From: Paraspadella gotoi
Taxonomy: Eukaryota; Animalia; Chaetognatha
Reading direction: 5' to 3'
Assembly: GCA_051294375.1 (NCBI GenBank)
Contig: CM119267.1
Coordinates: forward strand, 18,490,900-18,554,899
DNA length: 64,000 nt
Shown here: piece after piece, positions 25,112 to 39,100 of the stretch
Position numbering within the stretch: the first letter of the stretch is position 1
Layout: every line of letters starts with the position of its first letter
Notes under the pieces: generated by a model
Seen by the model: the letters and a program-made list of their open reading frames with translations, nothing else
What the model was told of the DNA's origin: nothing
Databases searched by the model: none
Position numbers and translations under genes: made by a program

Positions 25112-27987
25112 TGCCGGTTTCGGGCTATTTGCTTTGTATATTCGATGCTTACGGGATTTATTAAATCTGCAAAACAAAATCTATTATTTTAAAGGAATAC
25201 AAAGAGTTGATGAAATCGAACAAAAAATTTTTGAATGAATTCAATTGATAATCGACGTTGCAAATAAAAATAAATAGTTTTGATTTACAAAGTAAAATAT
25301 AAGCTATGAAATTGCAATTTTATCTTAGAAGTAATTTTTAAACCGTCGGAAGAGAAAAGAACGCAGTGTAAATCGGCGTGCTAAGACTTCCAACAATCAT
25401 ATGATCGTGGCCAACATGAAGTGCCATTTTGTTGACGTGTTGCTTACAGAGGAAACGATTGGGCCACTCCTAACCTGAAGGGGGAAATTTTGAATCGCCG
25501 CAAAATGTCACTTTTCAAAACTTACTTTGAACCAAATAAAAAAATAAAACAAAAAGGAGATAATTTTAATTTTTAGGGCTATAATTTCAGAAGCTAAATA
25601 GATGAATGAATAATGAATAATTTGTTAAAATTATAATTAGAGTGAGCATGGGAAAAGAATTGAATCAGAAACATGCTTCCGTTACTTTTAAATCTTGTAC
25701 CATGTTGTTTCTTCAGTTTCCAGTGAATCAGCTCTGACGATCGCTTAATATTAATTAATACAGGTTAATTACAATGTTAATTCCGAATTAAGGTTTGATT
25801 TGACAGTAGCTTTTGTTTTTCTTTGAATTTGAATGAAACTGCCATCTCATGAAGAACCTTTCAAAGCTGGCAGTTACTACTTTCAAAGTGCGAAAAACAA
25901 AAGATCTGCTGGGATGAAAACTAATTTTCATTCGCAGATGAAAGAAATTATTTCATTGGTTATTAAAAGTTTTTATAAGTTGCTTCATTAATTGTATTTT
26001 AATTTAATTTTTCCAAAACAAAATACATCAAAACTTAAAACATTTATTTTAGTACCTGGCTCATTCTACAAAATATTTCATAAATTTCAAAAATATAAAA
26101 CAAAACGCATTACAAAACTATTATAATTAATAATTAAATAATTATCCCACCACTGAAGTACCCTCGGGCTCGCCAGGTCGATAAGATTCGAAAAACAACC
26201 TGTCACGATTTTATTTTAATAAAATTGGCGGCTAAATTTAGCACATGATGCGGCGATCTCCGCCAGAGTTAAGGCTTCACTTAAGAACTTGTTATTTCGG
26301 CAATCTCTTTATAGTTTATTTGCAGGTTCGTTTCTTTTACTTTTTACGATCATATTATTGGCGGTCGACATCCGGGAGGTAATCACTATTTTGCATATTT
26401 CTGGTAAATAATTGTTATGTTCGTTTTCCAAGAGCTACCTATTTTCAGTGTTGGTTTACATATAGCTGAGTGTGAGATACAGGGACTTCAATCTGGGTCG
26501 ATACGAAAAGACTTGATTAAACTCCTAATTTTTTTACAGTATATTATTTTTATATTTATTAATAAGAATACTATTTGATATTTATGTTGACCTAAAAAAT
26601 GTTATAATTTCTTATTAGTATAATCAGTGCCTCTCAAGCGCGGAATCACTTTTTTCATTTTATCGTCCAAATTTTAATAGTTTTTAACAATTTAATAATT
26701 CTTAATATTGATTCTAAAGTTATCTGATATAAAAAAAAAAAATGGTGATAAAAAGTTAGTTTAGTGTTTGGTTATAATAAAAAATTTTTTATGTAAAACC
26801 TAACTTATTTATTATGTTAACTATTATTTATTATTTTTTTCCCCAAACTGAAATTTTTATTTTTAATAAATTTTAAAGGGTAAACGTGATGATTATTATC
26901 AAGTATTATTCATATTAAAATTTTTTCAGAAATGTACCCTCTGAGGAAAATGTTTATAATAGAGCAACTATCATAGCTAGAATGTTACGAATTAGTAGGA
27001 AAAAAGTCAAATATTTTCTTATTAGTACGAAAAAATTTTATAACCTGATTGCTCCTTGTTTTAATTTTATTCAAAGTTTTTTCGTATCAGTCCAGATTGA
27101 AGTTCCTGTATATTCTTGACACATAAATGTACAGTAATTGTTGAATACAAAAGCTATTTCCATTTGCTAAATACACTCGTTGATTGAAGTTATTACTGTA
27201 ACTTTTTGCTTAACTGGATTTAAAAAAAAATAATTTTCAAAAAATAGATAAAACGACAAGAAAAGTACTGAAATTTAATACTATGAAAAAAACAATTTGG
27301 CAAACTCCCACGTCATAGTTTTTAGTCATTCAAATATGCTTTCACGCAATGAACGAATGAGTTTCATCGACGTGACCAACTTTAAAATCGTGACTGAAGC
27401 CTTCGGTGAAGGGTGAGTCTGAATCACTTCGGAAAAGATCACCCGGCCAAAAGATATCNNNNNNNNNNCTTGATAATAAAAGAAGAGATCTTGAGGTTTC
27501 CGTTTTCCTTGAACAATTTCCCCTTCTGGTTTTCAACGACGAAATCGATTTGTTTTGGCCGTCGAATACAAAGTTTTGAAGGTCGAATCTCTCTCTCTCT
27601 CTCTCTATCTCATTTTTTTGTTTCTTACACTCTTTGATGGATGGACTTTCGACGATTCGAAGGTTTTCCTCTCGAGATAGAGATTTTGCTGATGTTGATG
27701 TAGACGTTTTTTTTTTCAAAACTTTCTTCCGGCGGAAGTGGCTATGATTCATTCTCGACAAGGAGTCTCATCATCATCTGGCCCTTCGATCCGTCCGCCC
27801 ACGCGTCGGAAACCTTACATGTCCGAAAAAAAGTAAATAAATATGAAAAAAAAAAATCCAGAGATCCGCTTCCGGCGGACCGCAGCAGCCCCACGATAAG
27901 ATAGAAAAAACACGAACGCCTTCGCTTCATTTTCTATCCTTTTGCCGCTGCAAACCGCTGCAGACAGCCGTCGGACGCGGCAGAGCC

Positions 27988-28927
27988 TGACGTCACCTGT
28001 TTGAAAGTCGTGAAGCGGACTTGACGTCACGAATATCTAATTTCTAAATTTTATCAAGTATCAAGTGTAATTGTAACTCTGATTCTTGTCGCAGAAAGTT
28101 GAAAACACTATCCACTGAATTTTCATCGACAAAACTCGAGCTCCGTCGAGTTACTCCAGAAAAAGAAAAGACGAAAAATAAAGCTAATCGCAATCGCTGC
28201 GCGGTATTCATTAACATATTATTTGCCATATATGGCGAAGAACTTACCTCATCGGCGAGCGGGAATTCCAAATAAGGAATTGAGACCGCTCACCTTCGGC
28301 AGCGGCTGCGGCGGACGCTGCAGCAGAAACCCTCTTGGATTCGAGAAAGAAACGCGACGAGAGTACGAGGATCTCGCCGAGAGAAGGAAGAGGAAGGAAG
28401 GAGGAGGATCCTCGCAGAGCCCAGAAACCGCTGGATAGCTCGATCTGTCCATCTCTCGATCGCTTCGTCGTCTCCCTCGCAAAACCTCGAGTTCTCATTG
28501 GCTTTTTCGTGCCCAGGAGTCCGTCTTCCAACGCGCCATTGGTCCCGGACAAGTTTATCCGACGTCGGCCTCCGATTGGTTTGAATTCTTGTTTGGATCA
28601 TCATTGGTCGTTCATCTTCCAGAAATATATATTTGTAGACAAATTGATAGCACCAGTCATTGAAGAAAAAGCCCCCCGAACCAAAGCATATCAAACGCTT
28701 CGAACACCAGTCTTTAGTGAACTTTTTTCTTTTCAGTTTTGACGGGCATAACTGATTGATCCTCTTCCTCCGCCTCTGTCGACGGAATTTTCTCTCTCCC
28801 GCTGTCTCTCTTCTTCTCTCTCTTTCCCATTTTCGTTTGGATAACAAATTCGGAAAAAAAAAATCTTGTGTGTCTCTTCGTCCTCGTCGCATTCCTAGAT
28901 CTTCGTGGAAGCAACTCGCATATAAAA
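27988..28927 (+). promoter_or_regulatory. Probable KLF gene promoter: two CRE palindromes, two CArG boxes, TATA box
   Basis: TGACGTCA at 27988-27995 and 28022-28029; CCATATATGG at 28226-28235; CCAAATAAGG at 28268-28277; GGGAATTCC at 28261-28269; TATAAAA at 28921-28927. All lie upstream of the putative exon 1. Confidence 0.65.
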
Positions 28928-29211
28928 ACGGGACACAAAGAAGTTTCTTTTTTTTTTCTCCCCCGCTTGTGATTATGAAGGAGACGATTGTCATGTAAAC
29001 AATTGTTGTTTCGTGGGAAATAAAAAGAAAATATCTGGGACTTTTATTTTTTGTGGTCGCTTCTATAACCAATCGAGACGCGAAAAAACTGCGCACATCA
29101 CTTTTTTTTTTAAACTCTTTTTTACTTGGCCGTCTCGGGTTCGAGACCACCTTTCCCCTTCCGCCTCCTATTCCCCCATCGGCCGCCCTGGAATCTAATC
29201 CCGTCGAAGGA

Positions 29212-29397
29212 ATGTCTTCTGGATCGTCGACCTGCGTGTTGAACACCCCCACCATCTTCCTGGACAAAGAGTTCGACCCGTTCACGGATCAGATTGTGCC
29301 TGACTCGCTGGAGTGGGAGACGTGCGCCACGACGCTGACGACAACGTCGACATCAGACGCCCTCTTCGTCCTTGAAGATGACGACAAGGACCAGTTG
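29212..29397 (+). CDS. Putative coding exon 1 of the KLF5-like gene
   Basis: ATG at 29212 and 62 acidic codons (MSSGSSTC..LEDDDKDQL). Ends at a consensus GTGAGT donor in phase 0, compatible with the phase-0 acceptor at 60177. Confidence 0.65.
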
Positions 29398-29918
29398 GTG
29401 AGTCTCGTTGCTCTTTTTTTTTTTGAGGGGCGAAATAGATGTACATTGTACAACGAACCCTGGCGAACATTTTGCTCGATCCGACGATGATGGATCGGGT
29501 ACTCTTCTGTCTCTTCAACTTCTAAGCCAATCCAGTTTTTCTTCTTGCTCGCTGTCAACTATTCTCTGCTTTTCTTTTTGAGTTAATACACTAATTAAAA
29601 TTTCCCTAGCAATTATGAAGCCGATAAAAGTGGAGGTGAAGCCTTCAATTATTTTCAGTACGAATTTGAAATCGCTCGAAAACTTTCGTGGTTACAAGAT
29701 CTCCCTGGAAACCACCCATCGTCTAAATCTCTAAATGTAACGCGAGTAATTTCGGGGGTGGATCCATCGCCACCCCAACCCCCTCTGCCTCTCACCTCTC
29801 ACCTCTTCCCTTCTTCTTTTCTTACCTCCCCACTTCCGATTTCCGCCCTCTCACGACCACCAAATTAAAAACATTTTTTTATTTGTTTTTCATTTACTTG
29901 AAAAAAAAAAACATTAAT

Positions 29919-29919
<1 letters not shown>

Positions 29920-29974
<55 letters not shown>

Positions 29975-29984
29975 TCTTCCTCTT

Positions 29985-30047
<63 letters not shown>
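29920..30047. repeat. Imperfect (CT)n microsatellite
   Basis: Read directly. Confidence 0.9.
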
Positions 30048-30049
<2 letters not shown>

Positions 30050-31149
30050 AAAAATAATCATTCTTTGATTTAACGGAAAACAAATTAGTACCACAGAAAA
30101 TTGAATCAAAAGTATATATAAGAGTCAAATTATTTTTCTCACAAGATTAAGAGGACGATTCAGGAGAGAGAACAAAAATACTGTGAGATAAAAAAATAAG
30201 AGAAAGATAATGAGTGAAAAAAAGAGGACGTTATGAAATCGAGAGAAAACTTAGAGATAAAAGATAAGAGAGAGAAAGAGAGAGTAAGAGAGAGAGAGAA
30301 AGAGAGCAATAAAACAAGTCTGAATTTGTTTTGAGAAAAATGTTCTTCGATCAGAATAACATTTATCATTAGGTTTATTTCTTGACTTTGTCGATTTTTT
30401 GGCTCACACAATTTCGCCCTCTTTTCGTGTTAGACTTCCTGTGGCTGTGAAAAAGAAAGCATGAACTTTTTCGATCTAAAAAATAGAGAAAGAAATATGA
30501 GTTCCCTTTCTCATTTTTTTTTCTCGACCACAAAAATTCCAAGCCTCCTCCGATTCTTGGCGATCGAAAGATGAAACGATTTCTCTCTCTCTCTCTCTCT
30601 CTCTCTCATCTGCTCTCTCTTCTTCTTCTCTCTCTCTTCTCTCTCTCTCTCTCTTCTCTCTTTTAAAAAAAAGGAAAAAAAACTTGGTAAAAACCATACT
30701 CGCCGACGCCAGACTTAACGTTTATTTTTTTATTAACTTTTTCATTCATTCACTTTTGATTTTTTTTTCTTCCCCCCCTCTCTTTTTTCCCCAGTTTCTA
30801 GACTTTTGTTTGAAAAAGCCGTTTTTATCACATTTTCGGCAGGGGGCAGAGGTCTGGGGAGTATACTCTTCGTCGAACTTGAAAAATTTTTTTACCAAAA
30901 AAACATATAAAACCGCTTCCTTCGCCTAATGTTTCCTTCATTCAACGGGTTTCGTAGAAAAGGGGGAATTTTTAAAGACGTTGATAGTTCATAGTTGATA
31001 GTTTTGTTGAGAATATTAATTAATATAATGCAACATTACATTAATATTGATAATATTATGAGCCCATTCCTCTCTTTTCCTCTTTTCCCCTCTCCCTCCT
31101 TTTCAGGGTTTTTTTTTCGCTCCTTTTCCTCACTTTCTACAACTATTCG

Positions 31150-31660
31150 TCTCTTTACTCCTCTCCTTACTCCTATCTTTATTCCTCTCCTTACTCCTCT
31201 CCTTACTCCTTTACTTACTCCTCTTCCCAATCTTCCCACCCTCGATTTCCTTCAGAGCTGATGATGAAAAACGAGCGAATTGAACTAGAAGCGATTTGAA
31301 CGGATGAAGGGGAGGGGAGGAAGGGGAAGGGGGAGGAAGAGGAAGAGGGAAAAGGGGAAGGAAGAGGAAGAGAGGGAGGAAGAGAAGAAGGAAGAGGGAA
31401 AAGGGGAAGTGGGGGAGGAAGAAGGAAAAGGGGGAGAAGGAGGAAGAGGGGGAGGAAGGGGAAGAGGGAAAAATGAGAGGAAGAGGGAAGTGGGATAAGG
31501 GGAAGAAAGAGGTAGAGGGAAGTGGGAAGAGGGAAAAGGGGAAGTGGGGGAGGAAGAAAGAAAAGGGGCAGAAGGAGGAAGAGGGGGAGGAAGAGGTAGA
31601 GGTAAAGAAACTTATGAGTCAGGGAGAAAAAGAGAGATGGGAGATGGAGAGAGGAATAAA
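31150..31660. repeat. 12-nt TACTCCTCTCCT-type tandem repeat followed by a ~350-nt polypurine (GA-rich) tract
   Basis: Read directly; abuts the N gap starting at 31704. Confidence 0.8.
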
Positions 31661-32932
31661 ATGATAATGAATAAGACAGAAACAGATGATCGAGCCAAGG
31701 AATNNNNNNNNNNNNNNNNNNNNNNNNNNNNNNNNNNNNNNNNNNNNNNNNNNNNNNNNNNNNNNNNNNNNNNNNNNNNNNNNNNNNNNNNNNNNNNNNN
31801 NNNNNNNNNNNNNNNNNNNNNNNNNNNNNNNNNNNNNNNNNNNNNNNNNNNNNNNNNNNNNNNNNNNNNNNNNNNNNNNNNNNNNNNNNNNNNNNNNNNN
31901 NNNNNNNNNNNNNNNNNNNNNNNNNNNNNNNNNNNNNNNNNNNNNNNNNNNNNNNNNNNNNNNNNNNNNNNNNNNNNNNNNNNNNNNNNNNNNNNNNNNN
32001 NNNNNNNNNNNNNNNNNNNNNNNNNNNNNNNNNNNNNNNNNNNNNNNNNNNNNNNNNNNNNNNNNNNNNNNNNNNNNNNNNNNNNNNNNNNNNNNNNNNN
32101 NNNNNNNNNNNNNNNNNNNNNNNNNNNNNNNNNNNNNNNNNNNNNNNNNNNNNNNNNNNNNNNNNNNNNNNNNNNNNNNNNNNNNNNNNNNNNNNNNNNN
32201 NNNNNNNNNNNNNNNNNNNNNNNNNNNNNNNTTTGCAAAATGAAATGTACAAAATATAAATTTTTCCTTACTCAAAAGTTTCTGTATTAAATTATCAATT
32301 AAACACTCAGCAGAGGAAAATGCAGAGAAAGCCGCAGCGTTCCGTTATCGTTTTTCTCGCATTTTGAAAAGTTTTTTTGATTCATCGGTATATAAATTGA
32401 GAGAAAGCGATCGCCCGGGTTCATTAAGTGCAGCGAACCAATTTTCTTTTTTTCAATCTCCGGTTTGGCGATTTGTTGATTACTTTTGTTTTTATTTTTG
32501 AACGTTGCTTTTTCTCCGCCTTGGTTCATATACGTTCTTGAACTTCTACATGAACGCTGACTTGTTATTTTATTTTCTTAAAAAAAAAAGCGACGGCTAC
32601 GCTCAAATATCGTGCGGCAATGCGGATAATGTCGTGCGATTATACGGCGTTAGTGTCATGCGGCGAATGCCGGGAGCGAATCTTTGGACCGAAAATTAAG
32701 AGGATTCCTATTTTTTTTTTTTCTAATATTATGCACATTATTCACTCACCAGATACGAAACCAAAAAAAATTAGAAAGCGGTGGAAAGAGAGAGAAATAT
32801 TAAAGAGGGGAAAAAAAAGAGAAGTAGACTGACAGATAGACGTTTTAAACTTAATAACAAGGTTTTACCCGCACCGTCGGTTTTCTCTAATAATTACGGT
32901 GAAAAGCGGTTTTATAGTTTTAGTGGTTATAA

Positions 32933-32968
<36 letters not shown>

Positions 32969-33337
32969 NNNNNNNNNNNNNNNNNNNNNNNNNNNNNNNN
33001 NNNNNNNNNNNNNNNNNNNNNNNNNNNNNNNNNNNNNNNNNNNNNNNNNNNNNNNNNNNNNNNNNNNNNNNNNNNNNNNNNNNNNNTGCCCGAGAGAACG
33101 AAGACGTAAAAACGAAAATGAACTTTCCTCTAATTGTTTGTCACCAAATGCGACGCAGCACAAAAGTAGGGCAATTCAACGGCATTTGATTTGTGGATGA
33201 AACGAGGCGGACCGAAGACGATGACTAATGCAAACACTTTCTTTCTCTTGAGTCTCTTTAAATATATATCTCTCTTCTTATTTTCATTTTCTTTCTTTCT
33301 GATCTGTTTTTCTCTATATTTTCTCTTTTTCAATAAT

Positions 33338-33339
<2 letters not shown>

Positions 33340-33436
<97 letters not shown>
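33340..33436. repeat. (CTTT)n tetranucleotide repeat
   Basis: Read directly. Confidence 0.95.
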
Positions 33437-35310
33437 AATTCTATCTCATTCTCCCTTCCCTTTTTTATCGTTTTTCTCTTTTGGTTTATTGTATTTTCTT
33501 TTGAAACACATCATCTTTACTGCTTGCATCGTTAATCGAATTAATGGATGCCCGAAGCTTTGTTTTTTTCTCTCTCTGAGTGTGAGTGTATGTGCATCTT
33601 CGTATTCGCGAGTCATCCGCCCACACAATAAACTATTACTCTCACTCTCACTCTCTCTCTCTCTCCCTCTCTCTCTCCCTCTCTCTCGCCCTCAACTCGA
33701 CAGCCGAAAAACGAATCATAACGGGCTTTCAAGAAAAAAACAAATTATCCATTTCCATTTAAAAAAAAATTAAGATGAATCAACGGTCATAACGGACATA
33801 AGTAACCTTTACAAAGAGAAAAAAAAAGGGGCAGACCCTTCGAGTCACCCGTCCACGAACTCATTCGTCGAAAGTTTAGTCGATACGAATCCCCAAAGTC
33901 TTCTTCTTCGTCTTGGCCGTCTCCGTTCTTCGTCGCCACGTTCTCCGAATGAAANNNNNNNNNNNNNNNNNNNNNNNNNNNNNNNNNNNNNNNNNNNNNN
34001 NNNNNNNNNNNNNNNNNNNNNNNNNNNNNNNNNNNNNNNNNNNNNNNNNNNNNNNNNNNNNNNNNNNNNNNNNNNNNNNNNNNNNNNNNNNNNNNNNNNN
34101 AAAAATATAATTTTTTTTTTTCGTCGTCGTACCCTAAGACCCGGATGAGTTTCAAAATAACAACAACGACAATAAATTACAACAACGACATGAGGGATTG
34201 AGGGAGTAAGAGAAAAAGGGTTTGTGTCGGTTGGATATCAGGGCTAAATTCGCGNNNNNNNNNNNNNNNNNNNNNNNNNNNNNNNNNNNNNNNNNNNNNN
34301 NNNNNNNNNNNNNNNNNNNNNNNNNNNNNNNNNNNNNNNNNNNNNNNNNNNNNNNNNNNNNNNNNNNNNNNNNNNNNNNNNNNNNNNNNNNNNNNNNNNN
34401 NNNNNNNNNNNNNNNNNNNNNNNNNNNNNNNNNNNNNNNNNNNNNNNNNNNNNNNNNNNNNNNNNNNNNNNNNNNNNNNNNNNNNNNNNNNNNNNNNNNN
34501 NNNNNNNNNNNNNNNNNNNNNNNNNNNNNNNNNNNNNNNNNNNNNNNNNNNNNNNNNNNNNNNNNNNNNNNNNNNNNNNNNNNNNNNNNNNNNNNNNNNA
34601 GGGTGGCAGGATCCGGAATGAGGGCGGTGATGCGGATGGCGGGAGACGGTGTCGTGAGTGATGTGGGTGGCGATAATCTTTTGATCCGCCGAGCGATGGG
34701 TCTGTTAATCGGCGGCTGGGTGGACTTTGAACAACAACAAAAATTGGGATTAAGAGAAGAGCATATTTTTTTGAGGGTTGTTTACGTTATGATGTTTTTT
34801 TCCCCCCGTTCAGTTGGGGGTTGTCGAAATCTTAGCGGGGGCTGGACTTTCAAAGCTGGGATCACTCGCGATTAAGGATTAAAGGAAGGAATTGTACCGA
34901 ATCCATGGTTAAGCTTCTTTTTATTTCTTTATTTTTATCGTGTATGATTCATGATTTTCCTCGCTTGTGCGTTTGAATATAAATAGGATATGGAAAAATA
35001 AGAAAAGCCGCCTCTCGCCTTATTTCGACGACCAAAACAAAACAACAACAGAAATGACATCGATTGAAAAAAAAGAGTGAAACAAAAGAGGCGTTACGAC
35101 CTTCGAATCAAATCCGGACTTGTAAAAATCAAAGTGATTTGCTATTTTTAAACGCTGACTATATTTTAACAAATTCTCGTCGCCTTTATTTTCGTTTCGT
35201 GTTTAAAATGCGAACAATTAAATTTGGCATTAAAAAAAAAAAAGAAATAAAAATAATGAGAGAAACAAAGAGGAACGAACATGAAACCGGTTCCCAAAGC
35301 GATGAAGGAA

Positions 35311-35358
<48 letters not shown>

Positions 35359-35663
35359 AAAAAAAGAAAGAGCCACATTAAGAATAGATCCTGTTTTTCT
35401 TCGCAGTTGAACTGAAACGAAAAAAAAAGTAGGGGGAGTGAAGGAGAGCGAGACGAAGCAAGAAAGCGAGAGAGCGAGAGAGCGAGAGAGAGAGAGAGNN
35501 NNNNNNNNNNNNNNNNNNNNNNNNNNNNNNNNNNNNNNNNNNNNNNNNNNNNNNNNNNNNNNNNNNNNNNNNNNNNNNNNNNNNNNNNNNNNNNNNNNNN
35601 NNNNNNNNNNNNNNNNNNNNNNNNNNNNNNNNNNNNNNNNNNNNNNNNNNNNNNNNNNNNNNN

Positions 35664-35697
<34 letters not shown>

Positions 35698-36199
35698 AGC
35701 AAGCAAGAGGGACAGAGATCGAGAGTGGGAATCGAGAATGCAGCAGCGTTTGAAATCGGCGACCAGAAGACGCCGAGTCCAATTACGCAGGATTCGTCGT
35801 CATCTTCATCTCGGTCTCTTTCCACGCTCTCGTTAGCCTTTTGTTCTCCCCCCTCCATTTTTTTTGGTTCCTAAGCCGGCGCTGTCGCCGACGCCGACGC
35901 CGCCGTCGTCAGCGTCCTTTTAAAGACCAGAAATCCCACGGCGCTAAATATGGTCACATACCGGTTCTGGTTTCGCGCGGATTTACGATCAAAGAAATAA
36001 ACGAGCGATTAATGGAAAGCCGAAGTTGGGAAAGACCGAAAAATGGGGGAAAGTTTTCGTCGGGGAAAATGGAAATGGATGCTGGAGTAATAATAACAGT
36101 TTTCGCGCTTGGAATTACACACACTCTCTCTCTTTTCTTTTTTCTTTTTCTCTCTCTCTCATGCGGGAGTTTTGTTTTTCTCTCATTTCATTCTCTTCC

Positions 36200-39100
36200 C
36201 CCCTCCCCCCTTCTCTAAAAACGCGGTTTAATCAGGTATGAAAATGTATAGATAATACATAAAGAGAGAGAAGGAGAGAGAGAGAGAGTATGTATAGAGA
36301 TAGAGTAGACGTAGAGAGAGAGGAGAGAGATGGAAGAGAGAAGAGAAGAAGAGAGAGAGAAAAAAGAGAATGAGTACTAAATAGATTGAGAGGAGAGAGA
36401 GAGGAGTAGAAATGAATGAGGATAAAAAGAAGAGAAAAAATGAGGAGAGAAAGTAAAAGCAAAAGCAATTGCTACATCAACAACACCGTACTCTAACGAG
36501 CTTCGTCTAGGGAGTGGAAGGCAACATGTATAGGTAACCCACGACATGTGGCGCCGCAAGGTTGCTGGTGGGAGAAAGGAAAATGTTTCGTTCCCCCTTT
36601 CTTTCCGAGTGTGATACAAAGCTTCAGGCACTAGAAGCGACTGCCAATTCAGCCGAACTGAAGTGTAATCTAAACAATAAAAATGAGCTTTAGAATCGAC
36701 AATATATAGATTATATAAGAAAAGTGAAAGGGGAATGCGATGTCAATGAAGTTGAAAGAGAAAAAGATAAAAAGAAAAGAGCAGGCACGCATTGCTTTTA
36801 CGGTCTCAAAAAAAAAACCCGGGCGGGGAGAGAATGAAAGATCACGGAGGAGTTAAGGAAACAGTACGCGCGTTCAGAGGGGACAGAAGAGGGGGGGGGA
36901 GAAGGGGGGTGGGGGACCGTTCCACAACAAAAGCGGCTCTATATTCGATTTTTTATTTTCTTCTCTACATATCCTTTCTGCTGACTGGTTTTCTTTTGAA
37001 GGATATTCTCCGTACAGCAACGACATAGTATAAATAAAAAAAGAAAGGAAAAAAGAAATATTAGTTCCTCAAAAGACAAAAAAGAAACAAAGAAAAGAAA
37101 GAAAACATATAATGTTATAATTTTAAAAAAAAAGATTAATGACACCGGGAATATACCGAACCATAAACGAACAAGAATTTTGTATACGGAGAAGTGCACG
37201 AAAAAAGACAAATATAGAAAAGAAAAAGAAAAAAGAAAAAAAGAAAAAAGAAAAAAGAAAAAAAGAACAGCAACAAGAAAGGGAGGAAGAAATGACACTA
37301 AAGCGTCTAGATGTGGGAGAGAAGAAAGAAAAGGTAAGATGAGATGAGAGAAGGAGAGGGAGAAATAGAAGGAAGATGGAGAGAAAGAGGAAAGAGGTGG
37401 AAAGTTAGCACAGAGAGAGAAGAAAAGATAGAAAGAAAGAAGAGAGTGTTCTGAATGGAGGGCAAGAGGATTTGTAATTTGCGGCAGTACAGAATGATCG
37501 AAAGCAGAAGAGAGAGACGAGATAAGAGGAGAGAAAACGGATTTAAAAACCGTTCTGTAAGAAAAAAATTTTCCGAGTTGTTTTGATATTCCTTTCTTTA
37601 AGCGTATTGTCGGCAAAAAAGTGAAAAATGTTTAATAATTTGAGGTAACCAAAACAATAACTGTTTGTTTTGTATTTGATTTTTGTCTACCAGAATAAGC
37701 CTGGGTTCAAACCAGCTGTGGGGGTCTTTTCGTTTACATCCATCGTCTTTTCTCTTCATTATCGGCCAGCCTACCAATCCTCACTCCTCCCTCCTCTAGC
37801 TATTCATGTAGCGGACGAATATATTCTGGACAGGAAATATGTCACTTTTCTGCAAGCTTGGATTAGATATCCGGTTTATGCCTTACTCTTATGGTTATTA
37901 TAACATCTGAGCGTCGGCGGTGGTGTTTTTTGTTTTTTTTTTCCTAAAAAAGTTTTCAACACATTCTCTTGTAAATCAGGGTTTTTTAAGCTCCATTGGT
38001 ACATGACACACTGTACTTCTTCTTCTTAAAATATTGGGCCGGAAAAAAAAATACAGCCTAATAAAAAACATTAAGGATGCTTTTTTTTTTGTATAAATCC
38101 GCATGCGACCAAGGGTGCCCTGAGAGTTAAAGTATGTGATATAGCAATCAACCGAGTTGTAATCAACTCAAGACAAACATAATATTACATTTATGCGACA
38201 GTGCCAATGTTAGGAGTTATTACCGGAGGGAAAAATAAATATATAAGACAAAAATCCGGTCGTTAGTCAGCGATCAGAAATATGGCGCTATTTTTTTTTA
38301 TTTTCTCCTTTCTCCTTATCGTAGACAGCGTTCGCGACTCTGTTCTTTCGCTCATCGGCCGGGGGCTATTGCGAGGTCGTGTTGGAGAAAGAGGCGCGCG
38401 GGACGAACGTGACACAAACAACAACCAGATCGGGTCGGAGCGGCGCCGTCATTTGGGTCGGGTGGGTGCGTGGTACTGTAGTTCCGCGTCTTGAATCCAC
38501 GAGCGCGAGAATGATCGTGGGTGAGTCAGGAGGGCTGAGGAAGGAGGAAGTAGGAAGATGGACGAGGAGGACGAGCGCATATGAAGCACTGGGAGAGAGA
38601 AAATATAGTCAGAGAACAGAGAATTGATTTGGGCGGGGGGTCCAGGCAGACGGTAGAGATAGGAGGGAAGAGAGAGAGAAAGATGAGAGGGAAATCGTAG
38701 AAGGGACGCAAGTCGCGCTTGCGGGGAGCTCGTCGCGTGAGGCAAGCCCGCTATAGACGCAGCGCGGCGAATGAATTTTGGTCACTCTCGGCGTCTGCGC
38801 GAGGAATAGGATAGGGAGGAGACGAATGACGGCTCTCACTGCGGCGTCTTCTCGTTGCCGTTTATTTTAGACTGGATAAAATAATTAACATCGTGTTTTT
38901 CAAGAGAAGAAACGCTAGAGTAGGTGAGATGTAGGGCGCTTAAGGTTCCTATTCAATGGTCCTTTTTCTTTTGTCGATATGAGGGGTTTATCGCGCTAGA
39001 GAGGAAGATGGGCGCATAAATGAGGATAGAAGGGTGGTTAAAAGGAAAAGACTCTGGAGAGAGAGAGAGGGAAAACCGAGCACACGCGAGTAGGTGGGAA

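Noticed and set aside
25111-25177. N-terminal extension of Drp1 in the ORF track
   Set aside because: Starts at a non-ATG codon and spans the acceptor at 25167; the conserved start is [12 protein letters not shown].
24290-25192. 300-aa plus-strand ORF and other antisense ORFs over the coding genes
   Set aside because: Antisense shadows of GC-rich coding exons, with no recognisable domains.
28290-29285. 331-aa minus-strand ORF over the KLF promoter
   Set aside because: Low-complexity K/R/F runs from poly-A/T and GA tracts, no domain, and antisense to a better-supported exon and promoter.
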